A stretch of DNA of 64,000 nucleotides from contig CAMOYT010000002.1 in the NCBI GenBank assembly GCA_946630315.1, positions 562 to 64,561 on the forward strand, given 5' to 3'. The position numbers and the translations under genes are program-made. Below are positions 54,954 to 63,899 of this stretch, piece by piece. The first letter of the stretch is position 1, and each line of letters opens with the position of its first letter. The stretch is from an uncultured Bacillota bacterium. Its GTDB lineage: Bacteria; Bacillota_I; Bacilli_A; RF39; UBA660. The notes under the pieces are model-generated. The model did not search any database. It was given only the letters and a program-made list of their open reading frames with translations, and was not told the DNA's origin.

Positions 54954-55655
54954 ATGATAATTGCCTTAAATAATAAAAGTCATTTAGATAAAGAAGAATT
55001 TGAAAAATATAATGAAGAATTAGAGACTATTAACACTAGACATACTTTAATACTATGTCCAAGTACTATTAATATTCCTCTAGCAACTCATAAAAACTAT
55101 TATCTAGGTGCTCAAAATATTTCTAAATTTAAAGAAGGAGCTCATACAGGAGAAGTAACCGCAACACAAGCTTATACATATGATTGTAAATATACAATTA
55201 TTGGTCATAGTGAAAGAAGAGAAGAACAACATGAATCAAATGAAGATACTAACGAAAAAATAAAAAGAAGTTTAGATGCTAACTTAACACCAATACTATG
55301 TATTGGAGAAACAAAAGAAGAAAGAGAAGAAAATCGTTATAAAGAAGTATTATCAAAAGAGCTAACAATCGCAACAAGAGATTTAACAGAAACAGACAAA
55401 GAAAAAGTAATAATAGCTTATGAACCAATATGGTCTATAGGAACTGGTATAATACCTAATAATAATCAAATAGATGAAGTATTCTCTTTTATAAAAGAAT
55501 TTCTTCCAAATAATAAAATACTATATGGAGGAAGTGCTAATGAAGAAAATATAGACGAATTGAATAACTGTAAATATATTGATGGATATCTTTTAGGTGG
55601 CTTAAGTTTAAAATTAGAAAATCTACAAGTATTTATAGATAAAATTAAAGACTAG
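54954..55655 (+). CDS. tpiA: triosephosphate isomerase
   Basis: Motifs IIGHSERR and AYEPIWSIGTG. At 233 aa it is rather short and divergent. Confidence 0.85.
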   Translation: MIIALNNKSHLDKEEFEKYNEELETINTRHTLILCPSTINIPLATHKNYYLGAQNISKFKEGAHTGEVTATQAYTYDCKYTIIGHSERREEQHESNEDTNEKIKRSLDANLTPILCIGETKEEREENRYKEVLSKELTIATRDLTETDKEKVIIAYEPIWSIGTGIIPNNNQIDEVFSFIKEFLPNNKILYGGSANEENIDELNNCKYIDGYLLGGLSLKLENLQVFIDKIKD

Positions 55656-55671
55656 CTCCTAGTCTTTTTTC
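55649..55671 (+). terminator. rho-independent terminator overlapping the tpiA stop
   Basis: agactag (55649-55655), loop ctc, ctagtct (55659-55665), then a T-run. Confidence 0.6.
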
Positions 55672-55672
55672 T

Positions 55673-56323
55673 ATGACAAAGATAAGATTATTAACAAATC
55701 AAAGCCAAACCTTAAAAGAACTATTAAATAAGATAAATGTTAATGAACACATCAGCTTAGAAATAGAATTAGAAAATAATGAAACACTATTACTAAATTT
55801 AGAAATAAGTCCATATGAAAAAATAAATATTATAAATACTTTATTAAGCAAAAATATAATAAGTAGTGCCATACATATAGATCATAAAGAAAAATTAAAA
55901 AACTCATATACATTAAACAAACTAAATATAAATAGACAAATAAAAATATATAAAGATCAATTTAGAAGAGAAGTACTTTTTGAGTTACTAGATATATTAC
56001 ATAGATTAGGTATAAAAACACATCATCTAGGTTACACTTATATAAAAGAAGCTATATACATTGTCTACTACAATAAAACAATTATTAATAATATGACTGA
56101 AGTATATAAAAAAATAAGTATAAAATATAATACTTCAATATCAAGTGTAGAAAGTAATATAAGAAGAGCAATAGAAGAAGGCTTTAAAAATGCCTCTCCT
56201 GATGACATAAAACAAATATTTGGCTATAGCTTAGATTATCAAAATGTTTGTCCTACTAACTCAGTCTTTATATTAACTATCTCCGATATCTTAAAAACTA
56301 AATTTAATAGATATAATAATTAG
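55673..56323 (+). CDS. Spo0A C-terminal-domain-like DNA-binding protein without recognisable receiver domain
   Basis: HRLGIKTHHLGYTYIKEAIYIV...YKKISIKYNTSISSVESNIRRAIEEGF fits the Spo0A_C pattern. The N-terminal 95 aa lack the acidic pocket. No SD is present, and the ATG lies 2 nt after the terminator T-run. Confidence 0.55.
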   Translation: MTKIRLLTNQSQTLKELLNKINVNEHISLEIELENNETLLLNLEISPYEKINIINTLLSKNIISSAIHIDHKEKLKNSYTLNKLNINRQIKIYKDQFRREVLFELLDILHRLGIKTHHLGYTYIKEAIYIVYYNKTIINNMTEVYKKISIKYNTSISSVESNIRRAIEEGFKNASPDDIKQIFGYSLDYQNVCPTNSVFILTISDILKTKFNRYNN

Positions 56324-56385
56324 TTGACTTTTTTTTAATTAAAAAGTATACTTAACTTAGAAAATATGTGGGGAGGCTACAATTT

Positions 56386-57660
56386 ATGGAGCGTAAAATA
56401 GAAAAATTTCTATCTAAATGGCAAAAGGATATAATTAGAAAACCATTAATAATATATGGACCAAAACAAATAGGTAAAACATTTACTGTTTTAGAATTTG
56501 CTAAAAAAGAATATAAAAATGTCGTTTATTTCAACACATATAATAATAAAGAATTATTTAATTTATTTGTAAGAGAAAAATCAACTGAAAAATTAATTAA
56601 TAATTTAGCTCTAATATCTGGAGAAACTATTCTAAAAGAAGATACACTAATTATTTTAGATAACCTAGTAGATATTGAATTCGTAAGAGGTCTAAAACTA
56701 TTTGGATCAGAACATAGTAAATATCATATTATAGGTATAACTTCAAAAAGAGAAAAAATTATTGAATTTAAAGGTGAAGAATTACAATTTAAATCAATGA
56801 CTGAATTAGACTTCGAAGAGTTCTTATGGGCCAATGATGAGAAAAGTCTAGCTGAATTAATAAGAGAATCATTCAATAAGAAAAAGACTTGTCCATTTCA
56901 TAAAGTAGCATTAGAATTGTTCCAAGTTTATTTATCAACAGGAGGATTCCCAGAAATAGTAAATGCTTATCTAGATAATAAAACACCATTTGAAATAGAT
57001 GCTATGAAACAAAAAATAATTGATGTATATCATAATGAATTAATAACATCTCCTAATCTAATAGATATAACAAGAGGAGTAGAAGTAATGGACTCTATTC
57101 CAGAGCAATTAACTAAAGACAATAAAAAGTTCCAATATGGAGCAATTGGTACTGGAAAAAGAGCTAAAGACTATGAATCATCTATAAACTACTTAGTAAA
57201 TAATCAACTAGCATATCGTAGCTATAAAATAACTACAGTAAAGTCTCCACTAAGTAGTTGCAAAGAAAAAGATAGTTTTAAACTATATGTACCAGATGAT
57301 GGCTTATTATATTCACTACTTCACTTGAATTATAAAAAGTTTGCAACTGATGAACATTTAAAAGAAACAATTTATGAAAATCATATTGCCAAAACATTAT
57401 CTGAAGGAGATTATGCATTGTATTACTATCAATCAGAAGGAAAAGCAGAAGTTAATTTTGTAATACAAAATAGAAATGGTCAAATATTCCCATTAGAATT
57501 AACTACTAAGACAGATTCTAAAGCTAAATCCCTATCAGTATTTATGAAGAAATTTACTGTATCTCAAGCATACAGAGTAACAGAAAACAATTTCCAAACA
57601 AAAAAAGATATTAGATATATTCCAATATATTCAATATTCTGCTTAAATGATAAAATGTAA
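56386..57660 (+). CDS. AAA-family ATPase with DUF4143-type C-terminal domain
   Basis: The P-loop LIIYGPKQIGKTF and the overall AAA_14 plus DUF4143 layout. The start at ATG 56386 follows the SD gggagg. Confidence 0.7.
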   Translation: MERKIEKFLSKWQKDIIRKPLIIYGPKQIGKTFTVLEFAKKEYKNVVYFNTYNNKELFNLFVREKSTEKLINNLALISGETILKEDTLIILDNLVDIEFVRGLKLFGSEHSKYHIIGITSKREKIIEFKGEELQFKSMTELDFEEFLWANDEKSLAELIRESFNKKKTCPFHKVALELFQVYLSTGGFPEIVNAYLDNKTPFEIDAMKQKIIDVYHNELITSPNLIDITRGVEVMDSIPEQLTKDNKKFQYGAIGTGKRAKDYESSINYLVNNQLAYRSYKITTVKSPLSSCKEKDSFKLYVPDDGLLYSLLHLNYKKFATDEHLKETIYENHIAKTLSEGDYALYYYQSEGKAEVNFVIQNRNGQIFPLELTTKTDSKAKSLSVFMKKFTVSQAYRVTENNFQTKKDIRYIPIYSIFCLNDKM

Positions 57661-57662
57661 TA

Positions 57663-57692
57663 AAAACTATTAGTTAAATAATAGTTTTTTTA
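57663..57692 (+). terminator. rho-independent terminator
   Basis: aaactatt (57664-57671) pairs with aatagttt (57680-57687), followed by a T-run. Confidence 0.55.
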
Positions 57693-57757
57693 ATAGTAAA
57701 AAAACTTGTAGAACAAAATAATAAATATTATAATTAAAATATAAGGAGGATGAGAAA

Positions 57758-58606
57758 ATGGAAGAGAAAAAGAAAGGAAAAGGTTTAGTCGTAGCATTAG
57801 TAATTATAATTATTCTTTTAGTGGCAGTACTAGCAGTATGTGTAACACTTTTACTAACAACCAATAAAGAAGAACCAAAAATAGATAATAAACAACCAAT
57901 AGAAGAAAAATATACTGACTTAGAGTTAGATGATAGTCTAGTACAAGATGCAAATAAAATTATTCCAAATTACATGTGTGGTGGATTAGCTATTACTTTA
58001 AAAGAAAAAGATATGAAAATTGATGATTTCTCAGATAATGAAAAGTTCAATATGGTAACTGCATTATATTTCGATAAATTAATAGATTCATCAAGCAATA
58101 ATTCATCATTTACTTTTAAAGAAGAAGAATTAAATAAATACTTTGCAAACTTAAAATTTATGGATTCATTTAAGCCAGGAATAGATACAGGTACTGATGT
58201 TAATGGAAAAACTATCCATGAAGGAACAAAATTCATAGATGAAACAATATATCCATTCTATATGACTTATAAAGATGGTGTTTATACAATGGGTGGCTAC
58301 GGAACAGGATGTGCTGGACCATCAAATGAAGGCTATAAATTATATATGGAAAAAGCTAAGAAAAATTCAAGTCAATTAATAATTAACTATGCTAGATACT
58401 ATGAAAAACCAGAAATGGATGAATCAACTGATACATTCTACTATGAAGCATATAATCATAAAGGAGATAAAGATGTTGTCTCAAAAGTAGAATATTCAGA
58501 AAAAGGTACTAAAATAGATACATCTAAATTAGATCATTATGACTTTATCTATAATATTAAAGACAATAATATTAGATTAGAAAAAATAAAATATTATGAA
58601 AGCTAG
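57758..58606 (+). CDS. hypothetical N-terminally membrane-anchored protein
   Basis: A basic N-terminus plus one TM helix (LVVALVIIIILLVAVLAVCVTLLL). SD aaggagg upstream. Confidence 0.55.
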   Translation: MEEKKKGKGLVVALVIIIILLVAVLAVCVTLLLTTNKEEPKIDNKQPIEEKYTDLELDDSLVQDANKIIPNYMCGGLAITLKEKDMKIDDFSDNEKFNMVTALYFDKLIDSSSNNSSFTFKEEELNKYFANLKFMDSFKPGIDTGTDVNGKTIHEGTKFIDETIYPFYMTYKDGVYTMGGYGTGCAGPSNEGYKLYMEKAKKNSSQLIINYARYYEKPEMDESTDTFYYEAYNHKGDKDVVSKVEYSEKGTKIDTSKLDHYDFIYNIKDNNIRLEKIKYYES

Positions 58607-58624
58607 TTATCTAGCTTTTTTTAT
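58600..58624 (+). terminator. rho-independent terminator
   Basis: agctag (58601-58606) pairs with ctagct (58611-58616), then T7. Confidence 0.6.
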
Positions 58625-58632
58625 TTGTTCGA

Positions 58633-58661
58633 TTGTCTAATATGAACATTTATTCTATAAT
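58633..58661 (+). promoter_or_regulatory. promoter of the Y-family polymerase gene with an SOS-box-like element in the spacer
   Basis: TTGTCT (58633-58638), 17-nt spacer, TATAAT (58656-58661). GAACATTTATTC (58644-58655) resembles the GAAC-N4-GTTC consensus with one mismatch. Confidence 0.4.
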
Positions 58662-58679
58662 CAAATTAGAGGTGGTCCT

Positions 58680-59885
58680 ATGAAAGAAAGAATTATATTT
58701 CATATAGATGTAAATAATGCTTTTCTATCATGGACTGCAGTTTACTTATTAAAAAATGGTTATAAAAAAGATATTAGAACAATACCTAGCATTATTGGAG
58801 GAGATGAAAAAACAAGAAGGGGAATAGTTCTAGCCAAATCGCCAGTTGCTAAAAAATATAAAATAGTAACAGCAGAAACAATTTATTCTGCAAAAAAGAA
58901 ATGCCCAAATTTAGAAATATATCCTCCTAACTTTAATTGGTACCATGAAAAGTCAAAAGAATTAATGAATTACTTATCAAATTATTCTCCAGAATTAGAA
59001 CAATTCTCAATAGATGAATGCTTCCTAGATATGTCAGGCATGAAGTATATCTATAATGACTTAATAGAATTAGCTTATAAAATAAAAGAAGAAATAAAAG
59101 AAAAATTTGGATATACCGTAAATATTGGAATAGCAAATAATAAATTATGCGCTAAAATGGCATCAGACTTTGAAAAACCAGATAAGGTACATACTTTATT
59201 CAAAGATGAAATAGCATCTAAACTATGGCCACTAGATGTAGGTGACTTATTTATGTGTGGAAAAAGAGCAACAGAAGAATTGAAAAAATTAGGAATTAAT
59301 ACTATCGGTGATCTAGCCAGATATGATGAAAAAAAATTAATAAAGAAATTTAAGTCAATGGGAGAATATCTCCATAAAGCAGCTTATGGAATAGATGATT
59401 CTAAAGTAGAAAGAGAAAGAGGAGAAAGAAAAAGTATAAGTACAGAAAGAACTCTAAATAAAGATACAAGTAATAAAGATGAATTAAAAGATATACTTTA
59501 TAAAGAAACACTAGAAGTAGCAAGACAACTACGTAGAAAAAAGATGTATGCTAAAACAATAGGTATCATATATAAAGATGTATTATTCAAAAAATATTCA
59601 CAACAATTAACTCTATCAACACCAACTAATAGTGATAAAGAATTATTTGAAAAAGTCTTAGAGTTATTTAATAATTCTTTTAGAGAAGAAGATATAAGAC
59701 TAATAGGTGTAAGATTATCAAATCTAACCACTAATAAAGAATCACAAATATCAATATTTGATATAGAAGAAGAAAAACATGATGAAAAGTTTCAAGAAAC
59801 AATAGATAAAATAAATAATAAATTTGGTAAATCTTTAATTGAGCCAGCATCATTAAAATTAATAGATAAAAATCAAAAAATATAA
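58680..59885 (+). CDS. dinB: Y-family DNA polymerase (DinB/UmuC-like)
   Basis: N-terminus FHIDVNNAFLSW (the D-V-N variant seen in UmuC), the catalytic SIDECFLDM, and a little-finger region at the C-terminus. Confidence 0.8.
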   Translation: MKERIIFHIDVNNAFLSWTAVYLLKNGYKKDIRTIPSIIGGDEKTRRGIVLAKSPVAKKYKIVTAETIYSAKKKCPNLEIYPPNFNWYHEKSKELMNYLSNYSPELEQFSIDECFLDMSGMKYIYNDLIELAYKIKEEIKEKFGYTVNIGIANNKLCAKMASDFEKPDKVHTLFKDEIASKLWPLDVGDLFMCGKRATEELKKLGINTIGDLARYDEKKLIKKFKSMGEYLHKAAYGIDDSKVERERGERKSISTERTLNKDTSNKDELKDILYKETLEVARQLRRKKMYAKTIGIIYKDVLFKKYSQQLTLSTPTNSDKELFEKVLELFNNSFREEDIRLIGVRLSNLTTNKESQISIFDIEEEKHDEKFQETIDKINNKFGKSLIEPASLKLIDKNQKI

Positions 59886-59934
59886 TTGAAAAAACTGCTC
59901 ATTTTTGATTAAATAAAATAGGAGGATAAAGAGT

Positions 59935-61557
59935 ATGGAGAAAGAAAAAGAAAAGAAAGAGCCAAAAAAAGAAACAAAGAAAAAAGTAACTAAGAGTGAA
60001 ACTAAAAAAGTAGTAGAACACAAATTTTGTGGAGAATGTGGAAATAAATTGGGTAAAAATGATAAATTTTGTGAAAATTGTGGAGCACCAACTCATATAG
60101 AGATTAAAGAAGAAAAAAAATCCCCAAAAGCAGTGGAAAAAGAAGAAAAGAAAGAAGAAGTAGAAACTAAAAAAGAAAAAGAAGTCACAAAAGTTGTTGA
60201 AAAAGAAGAAAAAGTAGTTGAACCAATACCAAAAAAGAAAAGTAATAAAGGTTTAATTATTACAATTATAGTATTAGGATCTCTACTAGGAATAGGAGTA
60301 ATAGTATTATTACTATGTTTAATATTAGGTGTATTTAGTCCAAAACCAAAAACTAATTGGGGAGAACTATATGCAGCTAAAATACAAGAAGCAGTAGATT
60401 ATCACAAAAAATATCCAAAAGCTGAAATGTATGGAGTTGTTCAAGGAATAAACAAATATAATATTAAAATTGTAGATATTGGAGAAAAATATCCAGTAAT
60501 GATTTCTGAAGCTAAGAAAGATGATAAAACTAGTAGAATGATTTATTATATTGATAATGACAAAGTTGGTTATGTATCTTCAGAAGCAAATGATGATATT
60601 AAATTATTTTATAATACTGAAGTTAAAGACTATATTTGGTATAGAGAAACAAAAAGTGGAATCACATCATATTATGATCCAATAGGAAAAATAGTAGATC
60701 AAGAAAAGTCCTCATCAATTAGCAATAATAAATGCTATAACTGTACTACACAAGCTAATAACGAAAATATAAAAGCAGATAAATATACAAGCTATACTTT
60801 CTATGAAAAAGAAAATTTAAGTGATACAGATATAGAAAAATATATTTCTTATAAAGACCAAGTATTAATCGAAGTAGAAAAGAAAGTTCCAACTAAGACT
60901 ATTGATATAGATAAACCAAAAGTAAATGAAGTAATTGCAAACTTAGAAGAATCATATAAAGAAAAAGAAAATTTAATTACTAATAAAGATGAAAAGAATG
61001 TTGAAAAGGTAACAAAAGAAATAGATGAAAAAGTAGAAGAATATAATAAAAAACAAGAAGAATTAGCACTAAATTCTAGTAACTTCCAATCAAAAGTAGG
61101 AGAACATTTAAAATGGTTTAGTGCAGCATATTCTGGTTCATATTATGGATTTAATCATGTATATAAATATATAGATGTAACTGGAAAAGTAAAAGTACCA
61201 GGTACTCCAAGTGATTATATGGTCTATGAAGTATCAGGAGCTAAATCAAAAGAAGATATGAAAAATACTGTTTTAAAATATGTAGAACAATCAGTTTTTG
61301 ATAATTTAAATAGAAGACATTACAAAACAATGTTTAATGACTTATATGATTATAATGGAAAAGTATATCTAGTAGAAGGTGGAATAGGAGATGGACCTTA
61401 TATTAAGCCAGAAGAAGCTAGATTTGTATCATATGCAAATGGTGAAGCGAAAGTCCAATTATTCCAAAAAGATCCATTTGAAGGTAGCACAACTGCAACT
61501 ATTACAGTTACAATTAGATATATAAATGGAGAATATAAGATAACAAGTTATAATTAA
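59935..61557 (+). CDS. hypothetical membrane protein: N-terminal zinc ribbon, Lys/Glu-rich spacer, one TM helix, large extracytoplasmic domain
   Basis: CGECGNKLGKNDKFCENCG and the TM helix GLIITIIVLGSLLGIGVIVLLLCLILGV. SD taggagg upstream. Confidence 0.55.
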   Translation: MEKEKEKKEPKKETKKKVTKSETKKVVEHKFCGECGNKLGKNDKFCENCGAPTHIEIKEEKKSPKAVEKEEKKEEVETKKEKEVTKVVEKEEKVVEPIPKKKSNKGLIITIIVLGSLLGIGVIVLLLCLILGVFSPKPKTNWGELYAAKIQEAVDYHKKYPKAEMYGVVQGINKYNIKIVDIGEKYPVMISEAKKDDKTSRMIYYIDNDKVGYVSSEANDDIKLFYNTEVKDYIWYRETKSGITSYYDPIGKIVDQEKSSSISNNKCYNCTTQANNENIKADKYTSYTFYEKENLSDTDIEKYISYKDQVLIEVEKKVPTKTIDIDKPKVNEVIANLEESYKEKENLITNKDEKNVEKVTKEIDEKVEEYNKKQEELALNSSNFQSKVGEHLKWFSAAYSGSYYGFNHVYKYIDVTGKVKVPGTPSDYMVYEVSGAKSKEDMKNTVLKYVEQSVFDNLNRRHYKTMFNDLYDYNGKVYLVEGGIGDGPYIKPEEARFVSYANGEAKVQLFQKDPFEGSTTATITVTIRYINGEYKITSYN

Positions 61558-61563
61558 AACAAG

Positions 61564-61595
61564 AGACTTATTAAAGACCTTAATAAGTCTTTTTC
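61564..61595 (+). terminator. rho-independent terminator
   Basis: agacttattaa (61564-61574), loop agacc, ttaataagtct (61580-61590), then TTTT. Confidence 0.7.
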
Positions 61596-61626
61596 GTTGA
61601 AAAATAAGAAAAAAATAAAAAAATAC

Positions 61627-61656
61627 TTGCCAAAACATACCCCACCATGTTACAAT
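61627..61656 (+). promoter_or_regulatory. promoter of the S10 ribosomal protein operon
   Basis: TTGCCA (61627-61632), 18-nt spacer, TGtTACAAT (extended -10, 61648-61656). Confidence 0.5.
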
Positions 61657-61802
61657 TAATTACGTGTGACTGCTTAGATGTGCGAGGTTGTCGATACACC
61701 AGGAAGAGTTGTTAATTTATATAAATAAATAACTAAGATTGAGTATTGGGTTATTCGCGCGGAGCAAGTCTATACTAGATATAGGCGAAGGGAGGATATT
61801 CA
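61657..61802 (+). promoter_or_regulatory. long, locally G+C-enriched 5' leader of the S10 operon (candidate r-protein autoregulatory structure)
   Basis: About 140 nt lie between the -10 and the rpsJ ATG. The segments gtgtgactgcttagatgtgcgaggttgtcgatacacc and gggttattcgcgcggagcaagtc stand out in an A+T-rich genome. Confidence 0.4.
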
Positions 61803-62114
61803 ATGTCAACAGAAAAGATTCGTATCAGAATTAAAGCATATGATCATAGAATCTTAGATAATGCAGCAAAGAAAATTGTTGAAACTGTTAAAAGATCTGG
61901 TGGACAAATCTCTGGTCCAGTACCACTTCCAACAGAAGTTGAAAAATTCACAATTCTAAGAGCTGTACACAAATACAAAGATTCTCGTGAACAATTCGAG
62001 ATGCGTACACACAAAAGACTAATTGATATCAAAAATCCAAGTAAGGAAACAATCGATGCGTTAGCGCACCTTGATTTACCAAGTGGAGTAGATATCGAAA
62101 TTAAAACTAAATAA
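61803..62114 (+). CDS. rpsJ: 30S ribosomal protein S10
   Basis: [14 protein letters not shown] and [31 protein letters not shown]. Confidence 0.97.
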   Translation: MSTEKIRIRIKAYDHRILDNAAKKIVETVKRSGGQISGPVPLPTEVEKFTILRAVHKYKDSREQFEMRTHKRLIDIKNPSKETIDALAHLDLPSGVDIEIKTK

Positions 62115-62128
62115 TGGAGGAAAAAATA

Positions 62129-62908
62129 ATGAAAGGAATCTTAGGTAAGAAAATCGGAATGACTCAAGTATTTACTAAGAATGGTAAATTAATTCCGGTT
62201 ACTGTTATTGAAGTAGAGCCAAATGTAGTAACTCAAATCAAAACAGTTGAAAAAGATGGTTATGATGCTATCCAACTAGGAACTGACACAGTAAGAGAAA
62301 AATTAAGCAACAAACCAAAAATGGGTCATACAAACAAAGCTAACACAACACCTAAGCGCTTCTTAAGAGAAATTAGAGGAGTTAACGTTAATGATTACAC
62401 TTTAGGTCAAACTATTGGTGTAGACATTTTCGAAGCAGGGGAAATCGTTGATGTTACAGGAACAAGTAAAGGAAAAGGTTTCCAAGGCGTTATCAAACGT
62501 CATAACCAATCTCGTGGTCCAATGGGACATGGTTCTCAATATCACAGAGGTGTTGGTTCTCTAGGTACTATGTTACCAATGCACGTATTAAAAGGTAAAA
62601 AGATGCCTGGACAAATGGGTAATGTTCAAAGAACTGTACAAAACTTAGAGATTGTACAAGTTGATGTAGAAAATAGTGTAATTTTAGTAAAAGGTAATGT
62701 TCCAGGTCCAAAGAAATCATTAGTAATGATTCGTACTGCTGTTAAGAGACCAGATGCTAAGAATGAAGCAGCTGACTTAATCAGTTATGTAACTGAAGAA
62801 CCAGTAGTAGAAGAACAACCAACTGAAGCTGTAGAAGAAGTTGTAGCTGAAGAAACTGCTGAAGAAGTAGTTGAAGAAGCTAAAGCTGAAGAAACAACTG
62901 AAGAATAA
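62129..62908 (+). CDS. rplC: 50S ribosomal protein L3 with about 50-aa acidic C-terminal extension
   Basis: [15 protein letters not shown] and [11 protein letters not shown]. The start at ATG 62129 lies 8 nt after GGAGG. The tail from residue 209 is Glu/Val/Ala-rich. Confidence 0.95.
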   Translation: MKGILGKKIGMTQVFTKNGKLIPVTVIEVEPNVVTQIKTVEKDGYDAIQLGTDTVREKLSNKPKMGHTNKANTTPKRFLREIRGVNVNDYTLGQTIGVDIFEAGEIVDVTGTSKGKGFQGVIKRHNQSRGPMGHGSQYHRGVGSLGTMLPMHVLKGKKMPGQMGNVQRTVQNLEIVQVDVENSVILVKGNVPGPKKSLVMIRTAVKRPDAKNEAADLISYVTEEPVVEEQPTEAVEEVVAEETAEEVVEEAKAEETTEE

Positions 62909-62972
62909 AATCATCACACTATATATTAAAGAAAAGAAAATTAAATAGAAGTGATGAAAGGAGGAATCGTTG

Positions 62973-63599
62973 ATGAAAAAAGCAGAACTTTTAAATCTTA
63001 AAGGTGAAAAAGTAAAGGACATTAATCTAAAAGAAGAAATTTTTGGAATTACCCCAAATAAAGCTGTTTTAAATGATGCAGTCATCTTAACAATGGCATC
63101 ATTAAGACAAGGAACACATAAAACTAAGAACAGAAGCGAAGTTTCTGGTGGTGGAAGAAAGCCATGGAGACAAAAAGGAACTGGACATGCACGTCAAGGT
63201 TCAATCAGAGCTGTTCAATGGGTAGGTGGAGGAAGATATGGAACTCCAGTACCAAGAGATTATAGTAAAAAACAAAATAGAAAAGAAAGACAATTAGCAC
63301 TTAAATCTGCTTTAGCAGACAGAGCTAATGAAAAAGCAATCATTGTTTTAGATAAATTAGAAGTAAAAGAACCTAAAACAAAAGAAATGTTAAATATATT
63401 AGAAACATTAAAAGTAGCAGATAAGAAAGTATTACTAGTAGTTAAAGAATTAGATGATAATGTAATTTTAGCATCAAGAAACATTCAAAACCTAGTATTA
63501 ATCTTAGCAGATGAAATTAATGTATTAGATATTGTAGGAACTGATGTAATGGTAATTACAGAAGATGCCTTAAAATATGTTGAGGAGGTGCTTGCATAA
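62973..63599 (+). CDS. rplD: 50S ribosomal protein L4
   Basis: [25 protein letters not shown] 62973 is preferred over the TTG at 62970. Confidence 0.95.
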   Translation: MKKAELLNLKGEKVKDINLKEEIFGITPNKAVLNDAVILTMASLRQGTHKTKNRSEVSGGGRKPWRQKGTGHARQGSIRAVQWVGGGRYGTPVPRDYSKKQNRKERQLALKSALADRANEKAIIVLDKLEVKEPKTKEMLNILETLKVADKKVLLVVKELDDNVILASRNIQNLVLILADEINVLDIVGTDVMVITEDALKYVEEVLA

Positions 63600-63883
63600 T
63601 GAAAGACACTAAATACTTAGAAATAATTAAAGCACCAGTTATTACTGAAAAATCACAAAATGCACAAGCTGAAGGAAAATATACATTCAAATGTGATCCA
63701 AAAGCTACAAAAACTGAAATTAAAGAAGCTATTGAAAAAATCTTCAAAGTAAAGGTTACTTCAATTAGAACTTTAAATGTAAAAACAAAGAAAAGAAGAG
63801 TTGGACGTTATACAGGATTAACAAATCGTTCAAAGAAGGCAATTGTTACTCTTGCAGAAGGACAAACAATTGATCTTGGTTAG
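63599..63883 (+). CDS. rplW: 50S ribosomal protein L23
   Basis: [11 protein letters not shown]...[31 protein letters not shown] overlap with rplD. Confidence 0.95.
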   Translation: MKDTKYLEIIKAPVITEKSQNAQAEGKYTFKCDPKATKTEIKEAIEKIFKVKVTSIRTLNVKTKKRRVGRYTGLTNRSKKAIVTLAEGQTIDLG

Positions 63884-63899
63884 AAGGAGGAAATAAATT

